In this document: piece by piece, positions 18,243-28,075 of the stretch | Position numbering within the stretch: the first letter of the stretch is position 1 | Layout: every line of letters begins with the position of its first letter | Assembly: GCA_042571125.1 (NCBI GenBank) | Contig: JBHPFU010000001.1 | Location: 85,698 to 149,697 of the forward strand | From: Nanobdellota archaeon | Lineage (GTDB): Archaea; Nanobdellota; Nanobdellia; Woesearchaeales; UBA10107 | DNA length: 64,000 bases | Reading direction: 5' to 3' | Made by a program: the position numbers and the translations under genes | The notes under the pieces: generated by a model | Databases searched by the model: none | Told to the model about the DNA's origin: nothing | What the model saw: only the letters and a program-made list of their open reading frames with translations

Positions 18243-20750
18243 TTAGGACGATTTAAGTTCTCTTAAGAATCTCTCAATTGTTTTAGTGATGTGCTCTACT
18301 TGTGTTTTAAGAATTTTTGATGTTTCAAACAGAATATTTTCTGTTTCTCCTGTGTATTCTTCTGTTGAAGTTAGTTCTTTGCTCTCTATCTCCTTTTTCT
18401 TTTTAACGACTTGTTTCCATTTATCAAATAATTCTTTTACTCTCCCAGGAACTTGTTTTGGATTACAATTTAATAATTCAGTACACTTACCAAGAATATC
18501 TCCTTCTTTCTTATCAACAGCGTCTGTAGCCTTTCCAGCAGTAAATTCAATCCTCACAACTCCATCCTGAATTTTTGTTGTTCTTAGTATCTTGATTTCT
18601 TTGGCTTCTCCTGTTGCTTTTAAGTGTGTACCCCCGCAGGCCTCAACATCAAAGCCAGGAATGTTGATAACTCTTATTTGTTTTCCAGGAACAGCACCGC
18701 CTTGATATAATCTAAATCCGTATTCTGCTTCTGCTAGGTTCCTCTTCATAAACTCAGAATAGACCGGAAGATTCTCTTTTATTGTTTCGTTACAGACAGT
18801 TTCTATCTGTTCAATTTCTTCTTTGCTTAGATTATCGTAATGAGTTATGTCTAATCTGGCTTTTTTTAAGCTTTTAGAAGCGCCTGCCTGCCAGACATGC
18901 TCTCCAAGGACTTTTCTTGCGGATCCATTGATGATATGAGCTCCTGTGTGGTGCTGTGTTAATTGTAATCTTCTGTCAAAATCTATCTGCCCTTTAATCT
19001 TATCTCCTTCTTTGAATCCATTCTTAGGTACAGTATGAACAATAAATTCTCCTTGTTTGAAAACATCCTTGACTTCTTTTCCATTTAAAGAACCAGTGTC
19101 GTGAAGCTGACCTCCTGATGTAGGATAGAACGCTGTTTGGTCTAAGATTATGTGGTCTTTGTTAACTTTTTTAACTATGGCATCAAATTCCGTCAAACGA
19201 AAGTTATCAAAATAAAGAGCTTTTGTTCCCTCAACACCAGCAACATCCACGTCAACTTCTTTTTTTGTTGCTGTTTTCTGCTCAACCTGTTCGTGTCTTT
19301 CAGATACTAATCCGTAGAAATTATCTGGAACATTTATTTTTATTCCTTGTTTTTCAGCTTCTTCTTGAACATGTTCAGGAGTTATTCCCTGGCTGTCATA
19401 CAATTCTATTAATTTTTCTTGATTTACATCACTTTTCAGAACATTCTTCAGAACATTCTCTGCCTTTTTCTTGCTTTCATAGTATTTTTCTTTTTCAATA
19501 TCTAATATTTTTCCGACTCCTTCGATTGTTCCGATTAATTCAGGATATTGCGGTTTTAGGTATTCAGCATGCCACTTACAGACTTCTTTCAAATCAATAT
19601 CCCATCCATACTTATCAATAAAAGACATGATTCTTCTGAAAATTATTCTTAGATTATACCCCCCTCCGACATTTGAAGGGAGGCCGCCGTCAGCAATTGA
19701 AAATAATAGAGTTCTTGTGTGTTCTGCGATTGAATATAATGCTGCAAGTGGCTGCACTTCTGCTTTTAAGTTATCAACAGGCATTTCTAATTTTTCAGCA
19801 ACTCTTTCCCATGCTTTATTTATATCATCAACTTCATCCAGATTAAGCATAGGTGCGTAATGAACATACTTGTCCATCAGTTTTTCATTATATTTTATTT
19901 TTGTTAACTCTTTTAATTTTTTACAAACTGTTGGGAATATTGTTTCGTATATCTGTCCATGAGCATTTAGGAACCATGCAGCTCTTTCCTGGCCCATTCC
20001 CATATCAAGAACTTTTATGTCGAGTTCTTTGTTCCCTTTTTCTGTCTGCTCAAACATCATATAAACTTGATTTCCTATTTCACATCCTCTTGAGAAGTAT
20101 TCCATACAAGGTCCGAAGTTTCCTCCTCCAGCCCAAGCATCTTCGTGGAAGGTTACTTCTTCTTTTGGTATGCCCATCCCTTCTGTTAGCCATTCGTAAA
20201 TATCTGTGAAGTATTTTGCTTGGTCCCAATCTTTTGGAGGGACGAAAGCGTGCTGACCGATCATAACAAAACCAGTACAATGACTTCCTGTTATTCCTAC
20301 ATTGTCCAGGTCTGGGAATCTTATTGAGAATTGAGGAATTACTAATTCTTTTGCCGGAGGTTCAACCTCTCCTGAAATAACAAATGGCTGGAAAGCTGCA
20401 ATTGAAGCATTTGTGAAGAAAGTAGTTGGGTTCCATCTTGCTATAACTGGATATCTATTAACTACTTTGTATCCTTTCTTTTCAAACATGTCTGCGAATG
20501 CTTTCCATAAACCAACATAATCTGTTTTTAGTGTTGCTGGAGTGTCTCCTATGAACGAGAAGCCACCGACACATTCAGAGTCACCGCATACCTTTCTGTT
20601 TTTATCAGTATCCCAGAAGAATTTCTTGCATTTTTCACACTTATTTCTAAAGAATCCTTTTTCCTTTAGAACGCTTGTAGGATAGTATTTATCAGGCTCT
20701 TTAGACGCTTTAGCCTTAAAATCCTTCTTAAGCTCTTTATCTGTTTTCAT
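18243..20750 (-). CDS. alaS: Alanyl-tRNA synthetase
   Basis: Archaeal-type N-terminus with a Cys cluster (CEKCKKFFWD..C). Editing-domain motifs HHTGAHI and CGGTHL. Confidence 0.9.
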   Translation of the reverse strand: MKTDKELKKDFKAKASKEPDKYYPTSVLKEKGFFRNKCEKCKKFFWDTDKNRKVCGDSECVGGFSFIGDTPATLKTDYVGLWKAFADMFEKKGYKVVNRYPVIARWNPTTFFTNASIAAFQPFVISGEVEPPAKELVIPQFSIRFPDLDNVGITGSHCTGFVMIGQHAFVPPKDWDQAKYFTDIYEWLTEGMGIPKEEVTFHEDAWAGGGNFGPCMEYFSRGCEIGNQVYMMFEQTEKGNKELDIKVLDMGMGQERAAWFLNAHGQIYETIFPTVCKKLKELTKIKYNEKLMDKYVHYAPMLNLDEVDDINKAWERVAEKLEMPVDNLKAEVQPLAALYSIAEHTRTLLFSIADGGLPSNVGGGYNLRIIFRRIMSFIDKYGWDIDLKEVCKWHAEYLKPQYPELIGTIEGVGKILDIEKEKYYESKKKAENVLKNVLKSDVNQEKLIELYDSQGITPEHVQEEAEKQGIKINVPDNFYGLVSERHEQVEQKTATKKEVDVDVAGVEGTKALYFDNFRLTEFDAIVKKVNKDHIILDQTAFYPTSGGQLHDTGSLNGKEVKDVFKQGEFIVHTVPKNGFKEGDKIKGQIDFDRRLQLTQHHTGAHIINGSARKVLGEHVWQAGASKSLKKARLDITHYDNLSKEEIEQIETVCNETIKENLPVYSEFMKRNLAEAEYGFRLYQGGAVPGKQIRVINIPGFDVEACGGTHLKATGEAKEIKILRTTKIQDGVVRIEFTAGKATDAVDKKEGDILGKCTELLNCNPKQVPGRVKELFDKWKQVVKKKKEIESKELTSTEEYTGETENILFETSKILKTQVEHITKTIERFLRELKSS

Positions 20751-20789
20751 AGAAGTTATGATATATGGCTTTTTTATAAATTTAACTGC

Positions 20790-21842
20790 TTAATCGACCT
20801 TTTTTACAATCTTCTTATCAAGCCATTTTATCTCAAATAAAGTATTTAATAAACCCCATTCAATCTTAGAAAAAAGTTTATTCTTTTCTAATGTTCTTAA
20901 AAATCCTTCTTCAAGTTTTTTAACTTTTATCATATGTTTTATATATGGACAATTATATTTTTTATCGATTATTTTTTTTGCGATCTCCTCTCCAGATTTA
21001 ATCGCAAAATAAATCCCTTCCCCTGTTAATCCAGAAGCAAAACCTCCTGCATCACCAATTAAAAATTTATTTCCAAATTTATGACCTTTATAATCATAAT
21101 TTATCATTGCGGCTTGAAATTTTGCTTTTTTTGTATTAATTTTCTTTTTCTTACACCATCCATCGAGATTTTTTCTAATGTCACATATTTTAAGATTAAA
21201 TACGGGTTTATTTAATTTTTTAATTACATCTCCTCCTGTGCCTATTGAAGTTGTATTTTTATATGGGAACACCCACAGATAGCCTGGACCGAATTTATCA
21301 GGATCTACAATAATTTCAAAATCTTTTGTTTTTCTATTGCAAATATAGTGAAACGCTTCTAGAAATTTATCTGTTTTTACATTAAGATGTTTTCTTACAA
21401 TCGAATTAGCTCCGTCCGCCCCTATGAGATATTTGTATTTTATTTTTTTATCATTAACAACAATAAATTTATCATTAATTTTTGTAACGGCTGATTTTAT
21501 TCTTATTTCTGCTCCGGCTTTTTTTGTTTTATCAAACATCCATTTTCCCAAATCTTTCCTGTCAATTGTTGCTAAGAAAGATTTATCTAATTTTACTTCC
21601 GTATCTTTAAAAGGTGTACGTATTGTTATTTTTTTGTATTTCTTTTGAATTATTTTGTTCGGTATTCCTAATTCTAAATCATTTAAAGATAGCAATCCAC
21701 CACAAACCTTATCACCAATCACTTTACCTTTTTCAAGAACAAGAACTTCTTTGCCGTTCTGAGCTAGAATCTCTGCACAGCGCAAACCAGCAGGACCTGC
21801 TCCAACAATCACTGTTTCATATGATTCCATTTTAACCAGCAA
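20790..21842 (-). CDS. FAD-dependent geranylgeranyl reductase family oxidoreductase
   Basis: Dinucleotide fold VIVGAGPAGLRCAEILAQNGKEVLVLEK, GADGANS, and GDAGGF motifs. Confidence 0.7.
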   Translation of the reverse strand: MLVKMESYETVIVGAGPAGLRCAEILAQNGKEVLVLEKGKVIGDKVCGGLLSLNDLELGIPNKIIQKKYKKITIRTPFKDTEVKLDKSFLATIDRKDLGKWMFDKTKKAGAEIRIKSAVTKINDKFIVVNDKKIKYKYLIGADGANSIVRKHLNVKTDKFLEAFHYICNRKTKDFEIIVDPDKFGPGYLWVFPYKNTTSIGTGGDVIKKLNKPVFNLKICDIRKNLDGWCKKKKINTKKAKFQAAMINYDYKGHKFGNKFLIGDAGGFASGLTGEGIYFAIKSGEEIAKKIIDKKYNCPYIKHMIKVKKLEEGFLRTLEKNKLFSKIEWGLLNTLFEIKWLDKKIVKKVD

Positions 21843-22569
21843 TCAACTTAATTCCAAGCATTAAAGCAATACCAACTAAAAATGAGAATATAACATAAAG
21901 TGATGTCTTGAATTTTCCTTCATACAATTTATGCATCTCTGGAACAAGATCAGCAGCTGCGATATAGATAAAACCTCCTGCTGCGAAAGGAATAAGGAAT
22001 GTTGATAATGGTTGAATAATTGTTGATGCAAAATAACCAACCAGACCACCAAGAATACATATTGCCTGGACAATGAAACTAAGCAAAAGCGCTTTTTTCT
22101 TCTTATACTTTCCATGCAATAAAACACCAAACAATCCAAGCTCTTGTGGAGCTTCATGGCCAAGAACCATGAGTGTAGTCACAATACCTAATATCGGGCT
22201 CACTAAAAACGATGCAGCAATAACTAATCCGTCAATAAAATTGTGCACCGAATCACCGATAAGCATCATTCTTGTATATGGATGATGACAACTTTCGCAG
22301 TGATGCCAATGCAAGTAACTTTCTAATATTAAAAACAGAGCAAATCCGATGATGGCGCATATGAAAACATTCATTGAAGGTAAAATTTCTAGAGATTCAG
22401 ACAATAAGTGAAAAAATGCTCCACCAAGAAGGGCTCCGCCTGAAAATGCAATTAGTCCTGGTAGGAATACTTTCATTGCCTTTTCTTTGATAAACAATGT
22501 AAGGGCACCTATAAGACCGATTAGACTATTTACAATTGTAGCAAGCAAAATCCAGAGTAATACGTCCAT
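21832..22569 (-). CDS. ZIP-family divalent metal (zinc) transporter
   Basis: HNFIDGL and HEAPQELG signature motifs. About 8 TM helices. Confidence 0.8.
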   Translation of the reverse strand: MDVLLWILLATIVNSLIGLIGALTLFIKEKAMKVFLPGLIAFSGGALLGGAFFHLLSESLEILPSMNVFICAIIGFALFLILESYLHWHHCESCHHPYTRMMLIGDSVHNFIDGLVIAASFLVSPILGIVTTLMVLGHEAPQELGLFGVLLHGKYKKKKALLLSFIVQAICILGGLVGYFASTIIQPLSTFLIPFAAGGFIYIAAADLVPEMHKLYEGKFKTSLYVIFSFLVGIALMLGIKLIAG

Positions 22570-22584
22570 TTTATTGATTAAGAA

Positions 22585-23079
22585 CTAGCTTCTTTTAAAG
22601 ATTATGGTTACTTCAAGCCCTTTATCCATATTTATTGTATTACTCTTGAAGTTTTCTTTTACATAATCAAGATAATTCTGCACTTTTTCTTGGTGTGAAC
22701 CGACATTGTCAGCAACAACAGTACAGCCATCTTTTAATTTATCTAAGATAAGTTTTAGGTAATCAAGATACTGCTCTTTCATTGCATCAATAAACACAAA
22801 ATCAAACTCTCCCTCTAATTCAGGCAGGATATCCAAAGCATCGCCTTGAATTAAATTAACATTAGGGTAATCTTTTAGATTTTCTTTTGCCCACCCAGAT
22901 CTATCTGTGCTTAACTCGATTGTTGTTATTTTTGCTTTTGTGTGGGCTAGCCAGTATGCAGAATACCCATTTGATGTTCCAATTTCCAGAATATTTTTTG
23001 CATTGACTGATTCTGCTAAAGAATATATGAACTTGCCAGTATTTGGAGAGACATTACTGAACATCTTGTTTGATTCCAT
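22585..23079 (-). CDS. Class I SAM-dependent O-methyltransferase (caffeoyl-CoA/catechol OMT-like)
   Basis: ILEIGTSNGYSAYWLA (motif I) and FDFVFIDA acidic motifs. Confidence 0.7.
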   Translation of the reverse strand: MESNKMFSNVSPNTGKFIYSLAESVNAKNILEIGTSNGYSAYWLAHTKAKITTIELSTDRSGWAKENLKDYPNVNLIQGDALDILPELEGEFDFVFIDAMKEQYLDYLKLILDKLKDGCTVVADNVGSHQEKVQNYLDYVKENFKSNTINMDKGLEVTIIFKRS

Positions 23080-23123
23080 GAAAAATAATCTAAGAACTAT
23101 ACTTTTAAACCTTTCGTTAAGAA

Positions 23124-23711
23124 TTATCTGTGCCTTCCTGTAAGATACGAAGGAACACCAACCAGTATTCCTTTTTTTCTTTCTTCTCCTCTATCTTTAT
23201 CTATCATTTCCTGTCTTTTCTTCTCTTCTTTAAGTCTTTCAGATCTTCCTTTAAAATGAGATTTCACCCAAGGTCTTTCACCATTTAGTCTAGCAAGAGC
23301 AAAGGATGAATCATTGTTGTTATAGTCAGAACTTTTTGCTTTTTCTACTGTATCGCAGATTGATAAAAGAGCGTCTTCATCTTCTTTACGAATAAGTCTT
23401 TCTTGATGTTTGTCTACCAGATATTTAGCATCTTCGGATCTTACCCCTTCAAGATAAGCCTTTGTTACAGGATCCAGTTGAACAACAGCATTAGTTAATT
23501 CAACAAATCTTTTAGATGTAGCCAAGAAACGCTCTTTTAATTCGGAATCAACTTCTTTGATATTTGTTAATTTGAAAAGAATATCCAATACTTTATGTCC
23601 AGCTATAACCTGTTCTCCTCCGTAAGCAATATCTCCTAACTCTTGAACCCAGTCTTCTGTTATCCTGTCTTCGATTCCGAAAACAGTCCGTTCTTCGTAT
23701 AATTTGCTCAT
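23124..23711 (-). CDS. Hypothetical protein with basic C-terminal tail
   Basis: 195-aa ORF downstream of 23797-24198 on the same strand. No motif recognised. Confidence 0.45.
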   Translation of the reverse strand: MSKLYEERTVFGIEDRITEDWVQELGDIAYGGEQVIAGHKVLDILFKLTNIKEVDSELKERFLATSKRFVELTNAVVQLDPVTKAYLEGVRSEDAKYLVDKHQERLIRKEDEDALLSICDTVEKAKSSDYNNNDSSFALARLNGERPWVKSHFKGRSERLKEEKKRQEMIDKDRGEERKKGILVGVPSYLTGRHR

Positions 23712-23796
23712 TTTCTGTTGTTAAAAGCGTGGCCCCCTTCTTTTCTGTTGGGGGGTGGTTTGAAAAGAGAGAAATTGCTTAGGGAGCCACGAACGA

Positions 23797-24198
23797 TTAT
23801 GCTACTCTTTTTTCTAACTCTTGCCTCCACATCAGTCCGATGTTGCTTAATGCTTTTCCAAATTTATCACTTAACATATATTTTTTCTTGTACATATCAT
23901 AATCAACTAATCCCATTGATTTCAGGGGAGTAAGGATTCTATCGTAGAATTGTCTTTTATTATAGCTAACTTTTACTTTCTCTTTTTTGATAACAGGGCC
24001 AACCTTTACTGGTTTTTCAACAACAACTCCGCTGTGAAGATTGTTTGCAAATAAACTCATCTCTGTTTTCCCAATCTCGCCTCCTTGACTTTTTATTTCA
24101 TCTATCAGAAGCTTGGCTACCAGAACTTGCTGGTCTGTTGCGAATATCACTTCGAATACATCTTCGGGTAAGTGAAAGATGTCAAATAATAGCACCAT
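23797..24198 (-). CDS. Hypothetical protein, possible winged-helix C-terminal half
   Basis: 133-aa ORF. The ATG lies 21 nt downstream of copy 2 of the 39-bp element. FYDRILTPLKSMGLVDYDMYKKKYMLSDKFGKAL is wHTH wing-like (weak). Confidence 0.45.
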   Translation of the reverse strand: MVLLFDIFHLPEDVFEVIFATDQQVLVAKLLIDEIKSQGGEIGKTEMSLFANNLHSGVVVEKPVKVGPVIKKEKVKVSYNKRQFYDRILTPLKSMGLVDYDMYKKKYMLSDKFGKALSNIGLMWRQELEKRVA

Positions 24199-24219
24199 TG
24201 TTGGGTGATATTTAGTACT

Positions 24220-24258
24220 ACTAGTATATAAATGTTACTATTTAGTATACTGGTATAT
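24220..24258 (-). promoter_or_regulatory. 39-bp promoter/operator element, copy 2 (identical to 1713-1751)
   Basis: Exact 39/39 identity, while the flanking sequence diverges on both sides. The TATA-like TTTATATA sits about 26-30 nt upstream of the ATG at 24198, so the transcript is probably leaderless. Confidence 0.6.
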
Positions 24259-24321
24259 GTTATGATTTATATAGTCACCAGGCTCTAATCTGCCTGAAAA
24301 CAAGGTTTTGAGGACTTAAAC

Positions 24322-24927
24322 ATGGATGAAATTGATGTATGTAATGATAAGGAACAAGGATTATCTTGTGTGGCTTGTTGCTGCTCTAATAGTTTAATGA
24401 GTTTAGGTTTTGACGAATACAAAAAACTTCTAGAAAAACAAATAGGAAAAAATACAGAAGTTTTCAGAGGTAAGACAATTGAAGAAAAAATAGCGCTTGC
24501 AAAAGAAACACTGGTTGGAGCAGAAAATGTATGCAAAAATCTTGTTTACTTAACTGATGAAAATACAGAAGCAGGATGTGTTATTCATCCATCAATTGTG
24601 GGTCGGGAAGAAAGACCTTGCGAGATAGATACTTCTTACTGCGGGCTATACTTTAAAGTGAATAAGAATGAAGAATCGCAAGCAAGACACTTAGCAAAAA
24701 CAAAAGGAATGAGCTGGGCACAATACTCTGCCAGAAATCGTAAAGAAGGAGAACCTACTTCTCTTTCAATGGCTTATGTTCGAAGCATGATAAGAGAATA
24801 TGGGTATTCAGGCGCAATTAAAAAACACGCATCTTTTATACTGAGCGATATCAAAGATACAATAAATGAAAGAGACCCTTTAGGCATCATTAAAAAAGTT
24901 CTTAACCAAGTCTCTAGGCGAATTTGA
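24322..24927 (+). CDS. Cys-rich hypothetical protein (possible CxxCxxCC-type metal-binding domain)
   Basis: LSCVACCCSN cluster near the N-terminus, with further Cys residues downstream. The 3' end overlaps the XPD 3' end by 48 nt (convergent). Confidence 0.4.
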   Translation: MDEIDVCNDKEQGLSCVACCCSNSLMSLGFDEYKKLLEKQIGKNTEVFRGKTIEEKIALAKETLVGAENVCKNLVYLTDENTEAGCVIHPSIVGREERPCEIDTSYCGLYFKVNKNEESQARHLAKTKGMSWAQYSARNRKEGEPTSLSMAYVRSMIREYGYSGAIKKHASFILSDIKDTINERDPLGIIKKVLNQVSRRI

Positions 24928-26739
24928 AACTCTTATCTGTGAATCTTTCGGAAAACATTTTTTATAATTCGGCCAAGTATAACGATTGTCAAGAAAAGCA
25001 ACAACCCCTCTGTCTGTTTCTGATCTTATGCAACGTCCTGCAGATTGCAGTGCCTTGTTGAATGCAGGGAAAACATAACCATAGTCCCACCCCTTGCCGA
25101 ACTTCTTGTCATAATATTTTATCAGTTCTTGAGTCTCCAAGTTTGGCTGTTGTAATGGAAGCCCAACAATTACCACTCCTTTTAACAGATCCCCTGGCAA
25201 ATCAATCCCTTCACCAAAAGAACCTGCCACAGTACCTAGCAGAACTGCTCCGCTCTTTTCATATTCCTTGAATTTTTCCAATAACTCAAACCGTTCAGCT
25301 TTTGTTAACAGGGGATCTTCTTTGAAAACTGTTTTTTCTCCAAGCATTGCATAGTAATTGAATACTTTATCTCTTAGAAAATAACTTGGAAAGAATATTG
25401 CAGAATTTCCTGGGATTTCGTTGGTTATATCTGCGCAAATCTCTGCAATCCTCTTGAATTGCTTTTCATTTCTTAGATTATACTTTGTTGTTATTTCCGG
25501 AACAATAAAACTTAATTTATTTTCCTCAGGAAATGGGCTCGGGAATTCCATCTCAATAACATCTTCAAATCCAAGTAAATCTTTATACATTGAAGTCGGC
25601 GTTAATGTTCCAGACATTGCGATTGTCGAATATGTGTTAGCTATAACACCCTTAGAGGTTAGTGCTGGATCAAGACAGCGATAGCTTAGAATCGCAGTTT
25701 GCTCTCTTCCTCGTTTAATCTCTAAAATTCTCGCAAAACCTTCATCCTCCCCTCTCCAGACACTCAAGAAACTTCCTACAGATCCAATAAAACTCTGCTT
25801 ATGCTCTTCTCTTACTTCATCTCCTACGAATTCCAAGTCTGCTATTAATTGTTCATATTCTCTTACTTGTTCAATCCGGTCAATAAATTCTTTTTTGCTA
25901 ATCAGCTTTTCTTGACCAACATCAAGGTCTTTTGAGAGGTCTTCAAGGATCTCTTGAATCTTGGCTAAAGGTTCAATAATCTCTTCGTATTCATTCTTTT
26001 TGGCCTCTTGAATCGCTCTTTTAAGCATAAACAAAGATAGACGTTCAGTCTGCAGATCCCGTATTCTTTGCGGGAGGTTATGTGCCTCATCAACAATCAC
26101 AATACATTCTCCCGGTTCTTTCTGTATTTTATTGAAAAACGTACTGCTTATAGATGGATGGAAAATATAGTAGTAGTCAGCAACAATAATAGATGCTTCA
26201 GCTGCCAAGGCTGCAGAGATCTCATAAGGACAGAGCTTTTCTTCTGAACATATTTCATATATTTTTTCAGTGTGGCTTGGACTTATGGTTTTGAGCTCTT
26301 CTATCACTTTTTTTGCATTTGTGGTCAGCTTTCCATTATTTTTTGTTTTGTTATAGAATTCACAAGTCTTATCTTCAATCTGTTTTTTGCAGAATTCTGT
26401 AAATTCATTTGAGTATAACGTATCTGTTCCTGGCTGAGGACACATCCACTTCTTTCCGATTATATCTACTGCAACAAAGTTTAGATTAAACTTGTCTTTT
26501 ATCTCTTGAATGGTTTCAATCGCTATTTTGTGTTGGGTATGCCGTGAAGTTAAGAAGAAAATTGTTAATTTATTCTCAATAGCATGCTCTAATGCCGGAG
26601 CCAAGGTTGCCGCAGTCTTCCCGAGGCCAGTCGGAGCATGAACAATTAGGTTTTTCTTGTTTAGAAGTGCTGTTTGGACGTATTTAATTAAATCTTTTTG
26701 CGATTCTCTTACATTAGAATAAGGAAAAAGCTCCATCAT
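24880..26739 (-). CDS. xpd: XPD/Rad3-type Fe-S DNA helicase
   Basis: Walker A HAPTGLGKT and the DEAH box (VIVDEAHNL). Fe-S Cys residues occur in the insert (KWMCPQ, FCKK, KTCEFY, KLCPYE). Motif VI-like region QSAGRCIRS. Confidence 0.85.
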   Translation of the reverse strand: MMELFPYSNVRESQKDLIKYVQTALLNKKNLIVHAPTGLGKTAATLAPALEHAIENKLTIFFLTSRHTQHKIAIETIQEIKDKFNLNFVAVDIIGKKWMCPQPGTDTLYSNEFTEFCKKQIEDKTCEFYNKTKNNGKLTTNAKKVIEELKTISPSHTEKIYEICSEEKLCPYEISAALAAEASIIVADYYYIFHPSISSTFFNKIQKEPGECIVIVDEAHNLPQRIRDLQTERLSLFMLKRAIQEAKKNEYEEIIEPLAKIQEILEDLSKDLDVGQEKLISKKEFIDRIEQVREYEQLIADLEFVGDEVREEHKQSFIGSVGSFLSVWRGEDEGFARILEIKRGREQTAILSYRCLDPALTSKGVIANTYSTIAMSGTLTPTSMYKDLLGFEDVIEMEFPSPFPEENKLSFIVPEITTKYNLRNEKQFKRIAEICADITNEIPGNSAIFFPSYFLRDKVFNYYAMLGEKTVFKEDPLLTKAERFELLEKFKEYEKSGAVLLGTVAGSFGEGIDLPGDLLKGVVIVGLPLQQPNLETQELIKYYDKKFGKGWDYGYVFPAFNKALQSAGRCIRSETDRGVVAFLDNRYTWPNYKKCFPKDSQIRVSNSPRDLVKNFFNDA

Positions 26740-26804
26740 AGAAAAATAACCAAAAACTATTTAAAGATTAGCCTGTTTTACAATATGTGTTAGGTGAAAT
26801 ATAT

Positions 26805-26840
26805 ACCAGAGAATATAAATGTTTAAAAATAACCTCTGGT
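26805..26840. promoter_or_regulatory. Inverted repeat ACCAGAG-N22-CTCTGGT around a TATA-like box, related to the 39-bp element
   Basis: ACCAGAGAATATAAATGTTTAAAAATAACCTCTGGT. It shares ATATACCAG and TATAAATGTT strings with the 39-bp element. It lies between the divergent xpd and wHTH gene starts. Confidence 0.45.
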
Positions 26841-26894
26841 TTTCATCATATATAACGCAAAATAACTTTTAAAGAAGATAAGTGGGGTGTCCGT

Positions 26895-27164
26895 TTGAAA
26901 AACAAAGAAATTTTCAATGTATTTTTTCGTGAAAAACCAGCAATGATGTTGGTAGGTCTGAAAAATTCAAAGGGACCAATCTATGCTTCTTCTCTTGCAA
27001 AACAAATTGACTGTACATATTCTCATGTTGTTAAAATCCTTCAGCAAATGCAGACTGCTAAGCTGATTAATTTTGAAAAAACAGGAAGATTAAAGATATT
27101 AACATTAACAAAACCTGGCCAGGATGTTGCAGATCATATTGACAGAATCCGTGGCCTGTTATAG
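26895..27164 (+). CDS. Small winged-helix DNA-binding protein (MarR/ArsR-like)
   Basis: 89 aa with a TTG start. IYASSLAKQIDCTYSHVVKILQQMQTAKLINFEKTGRLKILTLTKPG shows a helix-turn-helix plus wing pattern. Confidence 0.55.
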   Translation: MKNKEIFNVFFREKPAMMLVGLKNSKGPIYASSLAKQIDCTYSHVVKILQQMQTAKLINFEKTGRLKILTLTKPGQDVADHIDRIRGLL

Positions 27165-27211
27165 AGTTCTACCAAAAAACATTTAAACTGAATATATGTT
27201 CTAATTTATAT

Positions 27212-27295
27212 GCCGCGGTCGCATAACCTGGTATTGCGCAGGATTGCTAATCCTGTTTCCTCACGGATATCTGGGTTCAAATCCCAGCCGCGGCG
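27212..27295 (+). tRNA. tRNA-Ser (GCU)
   Basis: GCCGCGG acceptor stem pairs with CCGCGGC. Anticodon arm is CAGGA-TTGCTAA-TCCTG. A long variable arm (TTTCCTCACGGATAT) precedes T-arm GGGTTCAAATCCC. Confidence 0.85.
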
Positions 27296-27341
27296 TTTCT
27301 TTTTAGAAAATTATTTATAGCTGCAAGAATAAGGTTTATTT

Positions 27342-27554
27342 ATGTTCAGAAAGATTAGCAAAATGAAATATCACCAGCAAACACTTTTTGCGATTCTTAT
27401 TGCTTTTGCTGTTGTTTCATTTTGGAGAGGAGTATGGGGATTGATGGATGAATATCTATTCCCTGGCAATTACGAGCTGAGTTTATGGACCTCTCTTATT
27501 CTGGGCGTTGTTATTTTGGTTGCCACTCATTATGTAACAAAAGAACTGATGTGA
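27342..27554 (+). CDS. Small membrane protein (2 TM)
   Basis: 70 aa with two hydrophobic helices. The stop lies 4 nt before the NUDIX gene start. Confidence 0.45.
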   Translation: MFRKISKMKYHQQTLFAILIAFAVVSFWRGVWGLMDEYLFPGNYELSLWTSLILGVVILVATHYVTKELM

Positions 27555-27558
27555 TTAT

Positions 27559-27996
27559 ATGGGGGATAAAAAAGTCGGTGCAGGATTCGGTGTAATGCTT
27601 CTGAAAGATGGAAAAATACTTCTAGGAAAAAGACACGAGGATCCTGAAAAAGCATCTAGTTTGCTAAATGGCGCAGGTACATGGACAATGCCCGGAGGCA
27701 AACTTGATTTTGGAGAATCTTTTGAAGAAGGAGCGATTAGAGAGGTTCTCGAAGAGACAGGGATTAATCTAAAAAACGTAAATGTAATCTGTGTTAACAA
27801 TGATTTGATTGAAACAGCCCACTTTATTACAATTGGTATGTTTTCTAAAGATTTTGAAGGAGAACCAAAAGTGATGGAGCCTGACGAGATTACAGAGTGG
27901 AATTGGTTCTCATTGGATGATCTGCCTTCTCCAATCTTTCCTCCCAGTGCGAAAGTACTAAAGAACTATAATGAGCAAGTTTTCTATAAAAAATGA
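27559..27996 (+). CDS. NUDIX hydrolase
   Basis: Nudix box GGKLDFGESFEEGAIREVLEETG. Confidence 0.85.
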   Translation: MGDKKVGAGFGVMLLKDGKILLGKRHEDPEKASSLLNGAGTWTMPGGKLDFGESFEEGAIREVLEETGINLKNVNVICVNNDLIETAHFITIGMFSKDFEGEPKVMEPDEITEWNWFSLDDLPSPIFPPSAKVLKNYNEQVFYKK

Positions 27997-28075
27997 AGGA
28001 TATGGCCCGATAGGCCATCTAAAGCTTGATTAGCGATTCAAAACACTTATAAATGCTCTATATTTCTTAAATCTC

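Noticed and set aside
19223-20280. Plus- and minus-strand ORFs inside alaS (19223-19621, 19627-19860, 19853-20209, 20080-20280)
   Set aside because: They are embedded in alanyl-tRNA synthetase, which has clear motifs. Their translations are low-complexity and show no recognisable features.
23718-23933. 71-aa plus-strand ORF across the GC-rich gap and the 3' end of the 23797-24198 gene
   Set aside because: It overlaps a better-supported minus-strand gene, and its start lies in the structured intergenic repeat.
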